IMG/VR virus record: IMGVR_UViG_3300033068_001920
Coordinates: 1 to 64,000 of that record
Source of the DNA: a virus
Lineage: Duplodnaviria > Caudoviricetes
Reading direction: 5' to 3' (one strand)
DNA: 64,000 bases
The notes beneath the pieces were generated by a model, which ran no database searches, was not told the DNA's origin, and was given only the letters and a program-made list of their open reading frames with translations. Positions 36,671-46,196 of this stretch are shown piece by piece. The position numbers were made by a program, and so were the translations under genes. The stretch's first letter is position 1. Each line of letters begins with the position of its first letter.

Positions 36671-38256
36671 GCAACCACCTCAGCGGTAGCCGGTTTGTTG
36701 TCGTTCGCCGGCGCCGGCATGCAATCCATGTAAGCGCCGATCACTTCGGCCGCCACGGCAGGAACGATTGCGTTTCCGAATGCTCGCAGCTTTCCGACGC
36801 GCGCCAGCACGCCATGCGCCAGCATCGGGATCATTTCGATTTCGGTTTGCGCGGCATCGTCTCCGGCGCGCATTCCAGCCATTCCGGCGGGAAGCCCATC
36901 AGCCACGCCACGAATTCGGGTGCCAACGCGCCGGGCTTTTCCGTCGTGGCCGACGATCCAGGCGTACGACTGCCAAGGTGATGATAGACAGCTGGTGCCA
37001 GCGTCATCCCCTTGTCCGGCGTGTATTTCTGCGCGCCCTTGTGCGCATCTGCTGCCGCTGCCGTCGGCCACATCGCCAACGCATGCGCCCGGATCGCCAC
37101 CAGCCCCGCCGAGTTGCCCGCTTCGTTGTTGCCGTTCTTCGCTGGCGCGAGCGATGTCGGTGTCGGACATAGCGCAGCATGCGCTGCCACTTCGAGCGAT
37201 ACCTGCTTGTTCGGCGCGGCAATCCGCCGCAACGCAGCTTCCCTGCTGCTGCACCGCCATTTGCTGTCCCCCGCGCACGGCGTCGGCCACAAACCACAGT
37301 CGGTCCCTTCGATGGGGCGCATCGACGGCACAACATGGAACAATCGCCGCCCCGCAGGTGTAACCGAGTGCGTGTAGATCAGATTGCACTCCGTCGAGCC
37401 AATCGGCCGTAGTCGGCGCTCTAGCGCCGCTGCGAACCGCCCCTGGAAGCTCTCGTTCCGCTCCGCTTCCTTGGCCTTCAGCGCATCCATGATCGACATG
37501 GCGCGATCCAGTCCCCACGTCAGCATCATCACATTCAGGCCGAACGCGATCACCCGAACATTGCTGATCGTGTAGCCCAGCTCCGGCACTATCCGATCCA
37601 GCGAAGGCGTATCCCAATCCCTCGGGCCGCCAGACAGCCTGAGTTGCATCCCCGTCAGTTCGCACAGCCCCAAGTTGATTCGCGTCGTCAGCTGCTCTCT
37701 GAAGTCCTCCAAATCGAAGGCCAAGCCTTTCTGCTTCGCGCGCTTCTTCGCATCCGCGATCATGTTCCCGGCCCGGTTGGCAGTCCGCGATGATTTGGCG
37801 ATAGCTTTCGAGCGTTCCGGGTTTTTCTCTCGCCAGGCTTTCGAGCGCTCGTTTGAGCGAGGGTCCTTCTTCACGTTTTGCTCCCGCCGCGACGGCGACT
37901 TGCTCACCGAACACGACGGCAGGCCGTCTTGCTGCGATGAGTCTGAGGAAATGGGGCCACAGATGCCGATCGTCATCGGTTCCGCGCTGCTTTCCCGCGA
38001 CGCTGAACGGCTGGCACGGCGCGGAGCCGGTCCACAGTTCGCGGTCGTCTGGCCATCCAGCAAGGCGAGCTGCGAGGCTCCATCCGCCAATGCCGGCGAA
38101 GAAATGGCATTGCGTGTATCCGGCAAGATCGGAAGGTGCCACATCCACGATTGATCGTTCATCCACTTCCCCGGCCGGCAGATGCCCGGCGCTGATTAGG
38201 TTGCGCAGCCAGGCGGCCGCATAGGGGTCGAATTCGTTGTAGTAGTGGGCGCTCAT
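36667..38256 (-). CDS. C5 DNA methyltransferase large (alpha) subunit lacking motif IX
   Basis: FFAGIGG, APCQPFS, FGEQV, PHRRDRLWF, LRAFGNAIV; long non-MTase insert between motifs VI and VII. Confidence 0.9.
   Translation of the reverse strand: MSAHYYNEFDPYAAAWLRNLISAGHLPAGEVDERSIVDVAPSDLAGYTQCHFFAGIGGWSLAARLAGWPDDRELWTGSAPCQPFSVAGKQRGTDDDRHLWPHFLRLIAARRPAVVFGEQVAVAAGAKREEGPSLKRALESLAREKPGTLESYRQIIADCQPGREHDRGCEEAREAERLGLRFGGLQRAADDANQLGAVRTDGDATQAVWRPEGLGYAFAGSDSAGAGLHDQQCSGDRVRPECDDADVGTGSRHVDHGCAEGQGSGAERELPGAVRSGARAPTTADWLDGVQSDLHALGYTCGAAIVPCCAVDAPHRRDRLWFVADAVRGGQQMAVQQQGSCVAADCRAEQAGIARSGSACCAMSDTDIARASEERQQRSGQLGGAGGDPGACVGDVADGSGSRCAQGRAEIHAGQGDDAGTSCLSSPWQSYAWIVGHDGKARRVGTRIRGVADGLPAGMAGMRAGDDAAQTEIEMIPMLAHGVLARVGKLRAFGNAIVPAVAAEVIGAYMDCMPAPANDNKPATAEVVA
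36831..37874 (-). CDS. nested beta subunit: HNH-like nuclease domain fused to MTase TRD and motif IX (frame is open from the ATG at 38162)
   Basis: GGGAG-N6-GTG at 37874; CELTG...PSLDRIVPELGYTISNVRV; WPTP repeats; LAPEFVAWLMGFPPEW. Confidence 0.75.
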   Translation of the reverse strand: MKKDPRSNERSKAWREKNPERSKAIAKSSRTANRAGNMIADAKKRAKQKGLAFDLEDFREQLTTRINLGLCELTGMQLRLSGGPRDWDTPSLDRIVPELGYTISNVRVIAFGLNVMMLTWGLDRAMSIMDALKAKEAERNESFQGRFAAALERRLRPIGSTECNLIYTHSVTPAGRRLFHVVPSMRPIEGTDCGLWPTPCAGDSKWRCSSREAALRRIAAPNKQVSLEVAAHAALCPTPTSLAPAKNGNNEAGNSAGLVAIRAHALAMWPTAAAADAHKGAQKYTPDKGMTLAPAVYHHLGSRTPGSSATTEKPGALAPEFVAWLMGFPPEWLECAPETMPRKPKSK

Positions 38257-38801
38257 GCAGCCACCGGCGCAAGCGTATTGACCCATCCCGGAACGAATGC
38301 GCCAGGGATGCCGCATTGGAGGAGGCACCGCGCGTTTTCCTTTCCGTACGCGATTAGGACGCTTGGCGCTCCGCCATTCGCGTCGGCGCGTCGGCCATCG
38401 ACATGGTGGAAGTGGAGCCGGCCCTCAAGGAACAGGAGCGCGTCCGCTTTCATCCAGACGTGCTCAAAGAACATGGCCGTTTCAGTGCGCGCGAAGATCA
38501 GCGCGATCGCGTTGCGGTGCTCGGCGCAACGGGCAAGCCATGCCGCAGCTTCGCGGCCATAGGGCGGATTGCAGAAGACCTTGCCCTCCCAGTCGCGGGC
38601 AAGGCCGTTGTCCAGCATCGTGAAGTGGTTCTTGGCCATCTCCCAAGGCCGGACGATGGGAGCGCATGGATCCAGGTCGAATTGACCAAGTGCTTGGAGG
38701 ATTTCAGGCGGCGTCAGCCACTCATCCTTGCCCATTCGATGGGACTGGTGTCCGCCGATACCGCGGCCCTGCGACTCGGGCAAGACTGAACTGCTGTCCA
38801 A
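38253..38801 (-). CDS. phage N6-adenine methyltransferase (Dam-like)
   Basis: DEWLTP, FDLDPC, VFCNPPYG, ARTET, FLEGRL. Confidence 0.9.
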   Translation of the reverse strand: MDSSSVLPESQGRGIGGHQSHRMGKDEWLTPPEILQALGQFDLDPCAPIVRPWEMAKNHFTMLDNGLARDWEGKVFCNPPYGREAAAWLARCAEHRNAIALIFARTETAMFFEHVWMKADALLFLEGRLHFHHVDGRRADANGGAPSVLIAYGKENARCLLQCGIPGAFVPGWVNTLAPVAA

Positions 38802-38903
38802 GGGGAATCCTCACCTCACAGAAAAAGGCGGGGCCGGCGCGGTGGAGGTTTCACCTTTGCAAGGGGCATGACTCCCTCGCCCGCCGACCCCGTGGTACAG
38901 GGA

Positions 38904-39152
38904 TCAAGGGCAGCGAGTGATGCTGCCGATGTAGTACAGGTGATGATGTTTGGTCTCGCTGGCGCGATGGGAGAATATCGTTCTCCCTTCCGCCTCCAAG
39001 TCCTTCCGGATCTCGCGGATTCGCGCAGAAATCGCGGTGTCCGAGTGCTGGATGCCGAACCGACTGAGGATGCGCGCATTGATTTGATGGATCGCCAGCG
39101 CGCGCCCGCTTTTCTCCAGAACCGCTTTCACATGATCGTACTGCGTGGCCAT
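38904..39152 (-). CDS. small winged-helix protein
   Basis: LAIHQINARIL...SDTAISARIREIRK. Confidence 0.65.
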   Translation of the reverse strand: MATQYDHVKAVLEKSGRALAIHQINARILSRFGIQHSDTAISARIREIRKDLEAEGRTIFSHRASETKHHHLYYIGSITRCP

Positions 39153-39171
39153 GATCGTCCCCGGAGAGATA

Positions 39172-39483
39172 TCAGCTGCGGCGGTGAATCTGGAACTTGA
39201 CGTGGTCCCAATCCAGATCGGGCGTCAGATCGGTCATGGAGATATCGCCGTTCGTGAGCTTGTCGATCTGGATCGCGACGCGCGCATTGCAAGGCCGGTT
39301 GCCGTGGGCGATCTGGCGCAGCTGCCCCGGCGTGGTTTCCATCCGATCCGCGAACAACTTCTGCGTCTCGGTCGGAAGTCCGTTGAGCCATGCAAGCAAC
39401 TTCGTGCTCATATCCTCGCTGATCCTGGTCGGATAGCGATTCGACTTGCCCGGTTTCGGCTTGGCGGTTTTCTTCTGGGCCAT
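39172..39483 (-). CDS. Cro/YdaS-like transcriptional regulator
   Basis: FADRMETTPGQLRQIAHGNRP...IDKLTNGDISMTDLTPDLDW. Confidence 0.8.
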   Translation of the reverse strand: MAQKKTAKPKPGKSNRYPTRISEDMSTKLLAWLNGLPTETQKLFADRMETTPGQLRQIAHGNRPCNARVAIQIDKLTNGDISMTDLTPDLDWDHVKFQIHRRS

Positions 39484-39517
39484 TGACGCGGCACCTGTTG
39501 TTGTGGGTCCAGACCGT

Positions 39518-39556
39518 AAGTTAGCCGCTTGTCTGGAACTTTGCAAGCGGTCGCTA
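39518..39556 (-). promoter_or_regulatory. leftward early promoter with operator
   Basis: TTGCAA-N17-TAACTT; operator TAGCGACCGCTT overlaps the -35. Confidence 0.75.
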
Positions 39557-39656
39557 CCCCGGGTGATTACGGATCGGGATTTGGTGGCATGATGCACTCT
39601 CGCGGCGCGCAGATGGGATACATCTGTCATGGCCCGCACATGCCCAATGTTAATCG

Positions 39657-39695
39657 TAGCGGACGCTTGCAATGCTCCAATCTTCTTGCTATGGT
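39657..39695 (+). promoter_or_regulatory. rightward early promoter with operator
   Basis: TTGCAA-N17-TATGGT; operator TAGCGGACGCTT overlaps the -35. Confidence 0.8.
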
Positions 39696-39735
39696 TTAAT
39701 CTCGTCAGAAATAAACAGAAAAGGATCCGCATACC

Positions 39736-40692
39736 ATGTCCGGCCAAATTACCACCCGCCAAACCGGCGGCCAGATGATCACAGCGGAACAGTCCGCTGC
39801 GATCCGCACCGCGCTGAAGACCAGCCTGTACCCCGGGGCGACCGACGACGGCGTGACTATGGTCCTCGCCTACTGTCAGGCGGCAGGTCTGGACCCGATG
39901 ACCAAGCCGGTTCACATCGTCCCGATGTGGATCCCGGAAAAAAAGGTGGACGGCAAGGTTATCACGCCCGCCGGCATGCGCGATGTCGTGATGCCGGGCA
40001 TCGAGTTGTATCGAACGAAGGCGCATCGCACCGGCGAATACGCAGGGCAAGACGAAGCCGAATACGGTCCGACCATCACGACAAAACTCGGCGGCGTCGA
40101 TGTCAGTTATCCGGAATGGTGCCGGGTCAATGTTTATCGCATGCTGGATGGCCAACGTGTCGGCTATTCGGCCAGGGTTTATTGGCTCGAAAGCTACGCC
40201 ACCAAATCCAAGGACACCGAAGCGCCAAACGCGATGTGGAAAAAGCGTCCGTTCGGTCAGTTGGAGAAGTGCGCTGAAGCTGCGGCGCTGCGCAAAGCGT
40301 TCCCCGAAGCGGTTGGCGCGCAGCCGACTGCGGAAGAGATGGAGGGCAAGACGCTTGAGGCTTCCGTCGTATCGGATCAGGCAAGGCCCGCGTTCTCAGA
40401 ACGGCAGGCGCTTTCAGCAGCCGATGCGCAAAGCAGCGTTCACGCGGAAGATAGTAGCGAAGGCGGCGGCGACGCGGATGAATCCGGATCTCAGGCCAAC
40501 CAAGGTGACGACGCCCCGCTGGTAAACGAAGGCCATGTCCGCATGTTGCGCTCGACACTGTCCCGTCGCAGCGTCGGCGAAACGAAATTCGCCTCGCACT
40601 TCAAGATTGGGTCGGTGGAGTTGCTGCCCGTCGCCCGCATGAACGATGCGATGGACTGGATCAAAGCGCAGAAGGCCGATTCGGATGCGTGA
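39736..40692 (+). CDS. bet: single-strand annealing recombinase (Bet/RecT)
   Basis: YCQAAGLDPMTKPVHIV, GIELYRTKAHRTGEYAG, MWKKRPFGQLEKCAEAAALRKAFP. Confidence 0.92.
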   Translation: MSGQITTRQTGGQMITAEQSAAIRTALKTSLYPGATDDGVTMVLAYCQAAGLDPMTKPVHIVPMWIPEKKVDGKVITPAGMRDVVMPGIELYRTKAHRTGEYAGQDEAEYGPTITTKLGGVDVSYPEWCRVNVYRMLDGQRVGYSARVYWLESYATKSKDTEAPNAMWKKRPFGQLEKCAEAAALRKAFPEAVGAQPTAEEMEGKTLEASVVSDQARPAFSERQALSAADAQSSVHAEDSSEGGGDADESGSQANQGDDAPLVNEGHVRMLRSTLSRRSVGETKFASHFKIGSVELLPVARMNDAMDWIKAQKADSDA

Positions 40693-40930
40693 CGCGCCAA
40701 CCATGGCCGAGGCGTCAACCTATGGTTCCTGCATCTGCGGAAAGCGCTTCGCGCGCGTGACGCGGCAGGAATCGGGTTGCCGCCCCGAAGTGGACCGGTT
40801 CACGCCGATCGGCGACCACTCCACCGCCGCCGCGACAGCCAACTGCGACGGTTGCGGCGCTGCACTGCAGGCGGCATGGCGCCCATCCGCCGCGACGCTC
40901 GGCGTTCTGGCTGGTGGCCGCTATGGATGA
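40685..40930 (+). CDS. small Zn-ribbon protein
   Basis: CICG and CDGCG pairs; coupled. Confidence 0.5.
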   Translation: MRDAPTMAEASTYGSCICGKRFARVTRQESGCRPEVDRFTPIGDHSTAAATANCDGCGAALQAAWRPSAATLGVLAGGRYG

Positions 40931-41570
40931 GATGATTTTCGACCCCAGCAATCACACGTACTGGCTCGGCACCAAGAAACTGCCGGGTGTTACGGGAATT
41001 TTGAAGGTTTTGGGAGGATATGAGGGAATCCCGGAGCGCATCCTCCGCAAGGCTGCAGACCGCGGCACCGCGGTGCACAAGATCACCGAACTCGACGACG
41101 ACGGAACGCTGGATTACGAAACGCTGGCCGAAGAACTGTTCGGATACCTCATGGGCTGGCACCGGTTCAAAGAAGAGATGCGCCCCGAGATCTTCGACGC
41201 CGAGGTGGCGGGCTATCACCCGCAACTGCTGTACGCAGGCACGCGCGATCGCCGGATGATCATCCACGGCCTGAAAAAGCCGAAGATGAGCATCCTGGAC
41301 ATCAAGTCCAGCTACATGCTGATGCCGACCACGGGTCCGCAGACTGCAGCCTACAAAGAGATCCACAACGCCAACGCGGAAAAAGACGAAATCGCCTACA
41401 CCCGCTACGGTCTACGGCTTGGAAAAGACGGAACGTACGAGCTCAAAGAATACAAGGATATGGGCGACTGGAACACCTTCGTTTCCTGCCTGAATTGCAC
41501 TCGCTGGATTGACCAGCACAATAAACAACTCGCATCCAACATTGAGGCCTATACCAATGACTTCGGCTGA
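40923..41570 (+). CDS. PD-(D/E)XK exonuclease, partner of Bet
   Basis: LPGVTGIL, ADRGTAVH, YAGTRD, ILDIKSS, QTAAY. Confidence 0.85.
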   Translation: MDEMIFDPSNHTYWLGTKKLPGVTGILKVLGGYEGIPERILRKAADRGTAVHKITELDDDGTLDYETLAEELFGYLMGWHRFKEEMRPEIFDAEVAGYHPQLLYAGTRDRRMIIHGLKKPKMSILDIKSSYMLMPTTGPQTAAYKEIHNANAEKDEIAYTRYGLRLGKDGTYELKEYKDMGDWNTFVSCLNCTRWIDQHNKQLASNIEAYTNDFG

Positions 41571-42399
41571 AACCGCACCCCCGGAAAACTCCACGCTCCT
41601 CGCCTTCCCGCTCAAGTTGCGCACCGATGCGCTGGATGCCGGCAGTATCGTCATCGAGGCCGACTTTGCCGAAGGCACCCTGGCAATGCTCGCCGGCATC
41701 AGCACGATCAAGGTCAACATCACCGACGCGGACAGCTACGCCACCGCGGCCGGCGAACTCGCCAAGGTCAAGGCAGTGGCGAAGAAAATCGACGCCGACC
41801 GCAAAGAACTGACCAAGCCGCTCGACGACGAAAAGGCCAAGGTCATGGACTACGTCCGCCCCTATACGTCCGCGCTTGAAAGGGCCGAGGCCGAGTTCAA
41901 GCGCAGCCTTCTCGCCTATGAGCAGGAACAGACCCGCAAGCGCCAGCTGGCCGAGGCCGAAGAGGCGGAACGCCTGCGGAAACAGCAGGAAGCCTTGGCC
42001 AAGCGTGCCGAAAAGGCGGAAGCAAGCGGGCACGAAGAGAAGGCCGACACCCTGCGCGAGCAGGCAGCGACCGCTGTCTACGTCGCGCCGGCGCCGATCG
42101 CCGCCCCGCCGAAGGTGTCCGGCCTGTCTTCGCGCAAGACGTACAAGGCCGAAGTGACCGACCTCATGGTGCTGGCGAAAGCGTGCGTCGCGCAATCTCT
42201 GCTCAATGAAGCGGCCGGCGACCCTGCCAAGTTGATGCAGATCATCACCGCGCTCGCGGCGAAACCGGCGCCGATGAAGTACCTGGTCGCCGATACGAAG
42301 GTGCTGGACACCATCGCCGGCGCAATGAAGGAAGACTTCAACGTTCCCGGGGTCAAGTTGGTCATCAGCGCGTCCATGTCGTCGCGCGCTGCGCGCTGA
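41557..42399 (+). CDS. coiled-coil protein (Gam/Gp157-like)
   Basis: KKIDADRKELTKPL...; position in a Red-like operon. Confidence 0.65.
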   Translation: MTSAETAPPENSTLLAFPLKLRTDALDAGSIVIEADFAEGTLAMLAGISTIKVNITDADSYATAAGELAKVKAVAKKIDADRKELTKPLDDEKAKVMDYVRPYTSALERAEAEFKRSLLAYEQEQTRKRQLAEAEEAERLRKQQEALAKRAEKAEASGHEEKADTLREQAATAVYVAPAPIAAPPKVSGLSSRKTYKAEVTDLMVLAKACVAQSLLNEAAGDPAKLMQIITALAAKPAPMKYLVADTKVLDTIAGAMKEDFNVPGVKLVISASMSSRAAR

Positions 42400-42410
42400 G
42401 GGCTACGGAC

Positions 42411-42698
42411 ATGGAAAGAACATTCCCCTTCACCGCTTGGCGTCTCCTGCCAGGTTTCACCCCGGCTAAGGTCGTGCTGGTGAAGCAGTACGACGGCTAC
42501 GGCGGCAAGCGCCTGGTGAGCGACAAGCACAAGTATTACAAAGAATCCGATATCTTCGACTCGCCCAAAGCCGCAATCGACGAAGGCTTCGCACGCTTGA
42601 GTGCTCAGGAAGCGCATATCGACAAGTTGCGGGCTGGCATTGATAAGAAGCATGCCGCTTTGATCAAGGCTGAGAAGGCGCTGGATGGTGGAAAGTGA
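42411..42698 (+). CDS. hypothetical phage protein
   Basis: 95 aa with SD. Confidence 0.65.
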   Translation: MERTFPFTAWRLLPGFTPAKVVLVKQYDGYGGKRLVSDKHKYYKESDIFDSPKAAIDEGFARLSAQEAHIDKLRAGIDKKHAALIKAEKALDGGK

Positions 42699-44344
42699 GC
42701 GCGCCCACGCGCTTCGGTGCCTGGCTTCGTGCCGATGATGTGAACCGCCTTGTCCGCGAGATCGATGTCGCGCTCAACGGCGCCGATGCTGCGCCGCAGG
42801 CGTCGCTGTGCGATATCGCTGGCCAAGTCTGCAAGGTATCGCGGGAAGGCGGCCCGATCCTTCAGCGCTTGGCCGCGTCGCCCAAGCCCGCGGGCGCGGC
42901 GCCGCTGCCGGATCGTGATATCGGCGGGCGCATCGTTCGCGAAGCCTGGATGCGCTGGGCGCTTACTCAAGCGTGTCCGAAGCCGTCATGGTTGGTTCCG
43001 TACGACGACCTGTCCGAAGCCGACAAGGAAGCCGATCGCCAGATTTTCGAGGCGTGCGCCGGCCGTGCACCGGCCGCCGGTGGGGTGCCTGCGGAATGGC
43101 GCGAATTCGTTGCCGAACTCGCCAACACTGCCGGTGTTCAGATCAGCGGGAATTGGTTGTCGGCACGGGCGAAATCGTTGCTGGAAACCCTCCCGAAGAA
43201 CCTGGCGGCCGAGCCCGCAGGGAAATGCTCCTGGTGCGGCGTGCTGGCCAGTATCGGCGCCGTCATTCCTGATGGGCGCTGGGTCTGCTCCCACGACTGC
43301 CATGTGCTGCTGAGCAGGGCCGAAGGCCGAGGGTCTGTCTTGAAAGTTCCCGAGGGCTGGCAGATCGCACGAAACGTCGTCGGCGGCATCCGGATCGATA
43401 ACGCGAATGGATCATGGCTGAGCATGCCTCCGACCACTCCGCAGGACGGGCATGAGCCATTGGCGCAGCGCCTGCTGTACGGGTTGGCCGAAGCGCTGCT
43501 CTCGCAACCACAACTTGCCCATGTCGAAAAATCGAACAGCGCGAACGCGGACGAATTGCTGGCCGGCATCGGCTATCCCGCCGTGACCGATGCGCTCGGA
43601 TTCTCAGAAAACTTCGCCGAGGCCAATCCGAACCTGACGCAGACCGCGAAAGATCACATCCTCGCGCTGTGCAAGATCATCCGCACCATCGCGCCGGCCG
43701 CGGCCCAGCCCACAGGTGGCGAGGTGGTACGCATCAAGCAAAACTGTCCGCCGCCAACATGGATGTTCCCCGATGACGACGCGCCCACGGCGCGCGATAG
43801 ACCGTCCACCCCTGTCGGCTGGAGCGATAGCGACTGGCTTGCGCACTTGCAACTCGCTCAGTCCGCAGGGCTTGGCGAGGTCGATCAAGCGGTTTTCGCT
43901 AGCGCCATTCGTGCGTTCAATACGACATACGCCGCCAGCGGCAACCGTCCGCGCCGGTGCGGGAGAACGGCCGAAGCGCTGGCCGCCGCGCTCGCCGCGG
44001 CCGGCTTGGGGCAGGGTGTGAGCCCGGAACTGATCGAACGATTCCGCGTCGCCGCGCGCGCGCTGATCGGCATTCGCCAGCCGCCAGCACCTGAAGGTCA
44101 GCAGCGCCCGGTCTACGCCGAGGATGTGGAAACGATGGCGGATGTGCTCCGCGTTCTGGAAGGCCTGGCCCAGCAACCTGCGCTGCATATGGACGACGCG
44201 ATGAAAGAGCGGCTGATCGATGTGGCGTGGGATGAATATATCCGCGATGGCGCTGGTGGTGGCATCGTCACTGCCGCGGATATGCGCCGCATCGTCATCG
44301 CAGTGATCACCAGCATCACCTCTCATGAAGAAAAAGGAACCTGA
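42695..44344 (+). CDS. mosaic accessory protein C (multiple micro-domains)
   Basis: SPKPAGA linker shared with protein B; RyR-like [16 protein letters not shown]; CSWC..CSHDC Zn ribbon. Confidence 0.7.
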   Translation: MSAPTRFGAWLRADDVNRLVREIDVALNGADAAPQASLCDIAGQVCKVSREGGPILQRLAASPKPAGAAPLPDRDIGGRIVREAWMRWALTQACPKPSWLVPYDDLSEADKEADRQIFEACAGRAPAAGGVPAEWREFVAELANTAGVQISGNWLSARAKSLLETLPKNLAAEPAGKCSWCGVLASIGAVIPDGRWVCSHDCHVLLSRAEGRGSVLKVPEGWQIARNVVGGIRIDNANGSWLSMPPTTPQDGHEPLAQRLLYGLAEALLSQPQLAHVEKSNSANADELLAGIGYPAVTDALGFSENFAEANPNLTQTAKDHILALCKIIRTIAPAAAQPTGGEVVRIKQNCPPPTWMFPDDDAPTARDRPSTPVGWSDSDWLAHLQLAQSAGLGEVDQAVFASAIRAFNTTYAASGNRPRRCGRTAEALAAALAAAGLGQGVSPELIERFRVAARALIGIRQPPAPEGQQRPVYAEDVETMADVLRVLEGLAQQPALHMDDAMKERLIDVAWDEYIRDGAGGGIVTAADMRRIVIAVITSITSHEEKGT

Positions 44345-44345
44345 C

Positions 44346-44837
44346 ATGGCACGCGGCGTCAACAAAGTGATCCTGGTCGGCAACATCGGCAACGATCCCG
44401 AAACCAAATACACCCAGGGCGGCATGGCCGTCACCAAAGTCAGTCTGGCGACCACCTCGGTGCGCAAGGACAAGGAAGGCAATACCCAGGAGCGCACCGA
44501 GTGGCACCGGGTGACCTTCTTCGGCAAGCTCGGCGAGATCGCCGGCGAGTACCTGCGCAAGGGCAGCCAGGTCTACGTAGAAGGCTCGATCCGGTACAGC
44601 GAGTCCGACAAAGACGGCGTCAAGCGGTACTACACCGACATCATCGCCGACGAGATGCAGATGCTCGGCGGCCGCGGCGACGGCGAATCCGGCGGCGATC
44701 GAGCCGCGCGCACGCCGCGCGAAAGCAGCAGCGGCAGCGGGCAGCGCACCGGCACCGGTTACGGCCAGCGCCAGGCCCCGCCGTCCAGTTCGCCGCCGCC
44801 GATGGACGATTTCGCAGACGACGACATCCCGTTCTGA
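44346..44837 (+). CDS. ssb: single-stranded DNA-binding protein
   Basis: [13 protein letters not shown]...TEWHRV...DDDIPF. Confidence 0.97.
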   Translation: MARGVNKVILVGNIGNDPETKYTQGGMAVTKVSLATTSVRKDKEGNTQERTEWHRVTFFGKLGEIAGEYLRKGSQVYVEGSIRYSESDKDGVKRYYTDIIADEMQMLGGRGDGESGGDRAARTPRESSSGSGQRTGTGYGQRQAPPSSSPPPMDDFADDDIPF

Positions 44838-44885
44838 TTCACCACATCCCACCTAATTGCCGGCGACGCCGGCCAAGGACTCACC

Positions 44886-46196
44886 ATGTTTTTCTCCAAT
44901 CTCACGATGTTCCGTTTCCCCACCTCGCTGGACCTGAGCGCGCTTGAGGCGGGCGTCGCGGAAGTTCCGCTCAAACCCGTAGGCCCGCTGGAACTGGCAT
45001 CGATCGGCTTCGTCGCTCCGTTCGGCCGGGACTCCGAATCCTTGGTCTATCGCAGCGGCGACTTTATCTGGCTGGCGATCGGCGGCGAGGAAAAGATCCT
45101 TCCCGGCGCGGTGGTCAACGACATGCTGCAGAAGAAGTTGGCCGAGATCGAGGAAAAGGAAGGCCGCAAACTCGGCGGCCGCGCGCGCAAGCGCCTGAAG
45201 GAAGACTTGGTGAACGAGATGCTGCCCAAGGCGTTCGTGAAACCGGTGCGGATGGACGTGATGATCGACGCCGGACGCGGCGTGGTCTACGTCAACACGA
45301 CGAGCCGGCGCGGCGCCGAGTCCGCGGTCAGCATGATCCGTTCCGCGCTGGGCAGCTTCCCGGCGCTGCCGCTGAACGCCGAAGTCGCTCCGCGGGCGGT
45401 CCTGACCGGTTGGATCGCCGGCGAGCCGCTGCCCGAACGGCTGGAACTCGGCGACGACGCCGAACTGAAGGATCCGACCGATAGCGGCGCGACCGTCAAG
45501 CTGGCGCGTCAGGAACTGCTGGGCGAGGAAGTGGGCCGGCATCTGGAAGCCGGAAAGCAGTGCGCGAAACTCGGAATGACCATGGACGACCACCTGTCGT
45601 TCGCCATCGGCGAGGATCTGGTCATCCGCAAGGTCAAGTTCCTGGACGGCGCGCTGGACACCATGGACAGCGACAACATCGAGGACTGGAACTCGGAACT
45701 GGCCGCACGCTTCGCCCTGCAGTCCGGCACCGTTTCGACCCTGTTCGACTGCCTCTCGGAGCACCTGAAGTTCAGCGCCGCCGAGGGCACGCCGGCGAAG
45801 GCCGACACCGCGTTCAACACCGGGCCGCTGCAGAACCCCGAGGATCTGCGCAGGGGGCACATCGAGGACGCCGCAAGCCGCGCGCAGCAGCGCATGGACG
45901 AAAAGGATCCGCTCTACGACAAAGCGGTCATGATCGTCATGGACGGCACCGGCGCGGGAATCGCGCGCGTCCAGCGCGTCCTCCAGATCGGCTACAACCG
46001 CGCCGCGCGCTTGGTCGAAGCGATGGAACTCGCTGGCGTGCTGTCGGCGCCGAGCGCCACTGGCGAACGCACGCTGCTGGCCAAGCCGGGTACCGCCAGC
46101 GCGCGCCGGGAGATGTCCGACCGCGACTTCGCGGCCCACCCGGCTGGTCTGCGGGATGGTTCCACCGCTCGCGTCGATGGCGTGGGTGAAGAATGA
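44886..46196 (+). CDS. rdgC: RdgC fused to a C-terminal FtsK-gamma winged-helix domain
   Basis: [12 protein letters not shown]...[10 protein letters not shown]; DPLYDKAV...[19 protein letters not shown]. Confidence 0.9.
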   Translation: MFFSNLTMFRFPTSLDLSALEAGVAEVPLKPVGPLELASIGFVAPFGRDSESLVYRSGDFIWLAIGGEEKILPGAVVNDMLQKKLAEIEEKEGRKLGGRARKRLKEDLVNEMLPKAFVKPVRMDVMIDAGRGVVYVNTTSRRGAESAVSMIRSALGSFPALPLNAEVAPRAVLTGWIAGEPLPERLELGDDAELKDPTDSGATVKLARQELLGEEVGRHLEAGKQCAKLGMTMDDHLSFAIGEDLVIRKVKFLDGALDTMDSDNIEDWNSELAARFALQSGTVSTLFDCLSEHLKFSAAEGTPAKADTAFNTGPLQNPEDLRRGHIEDAASRAQQRMDEKDPLYDKAVMIVMDGTGAGIARVQRVLQIGYNRAARLVEAMELAGVLSAPSATGERTLLAKPGTASARREMSDRDFAAHPAGLRDGSTARVDGVGEE

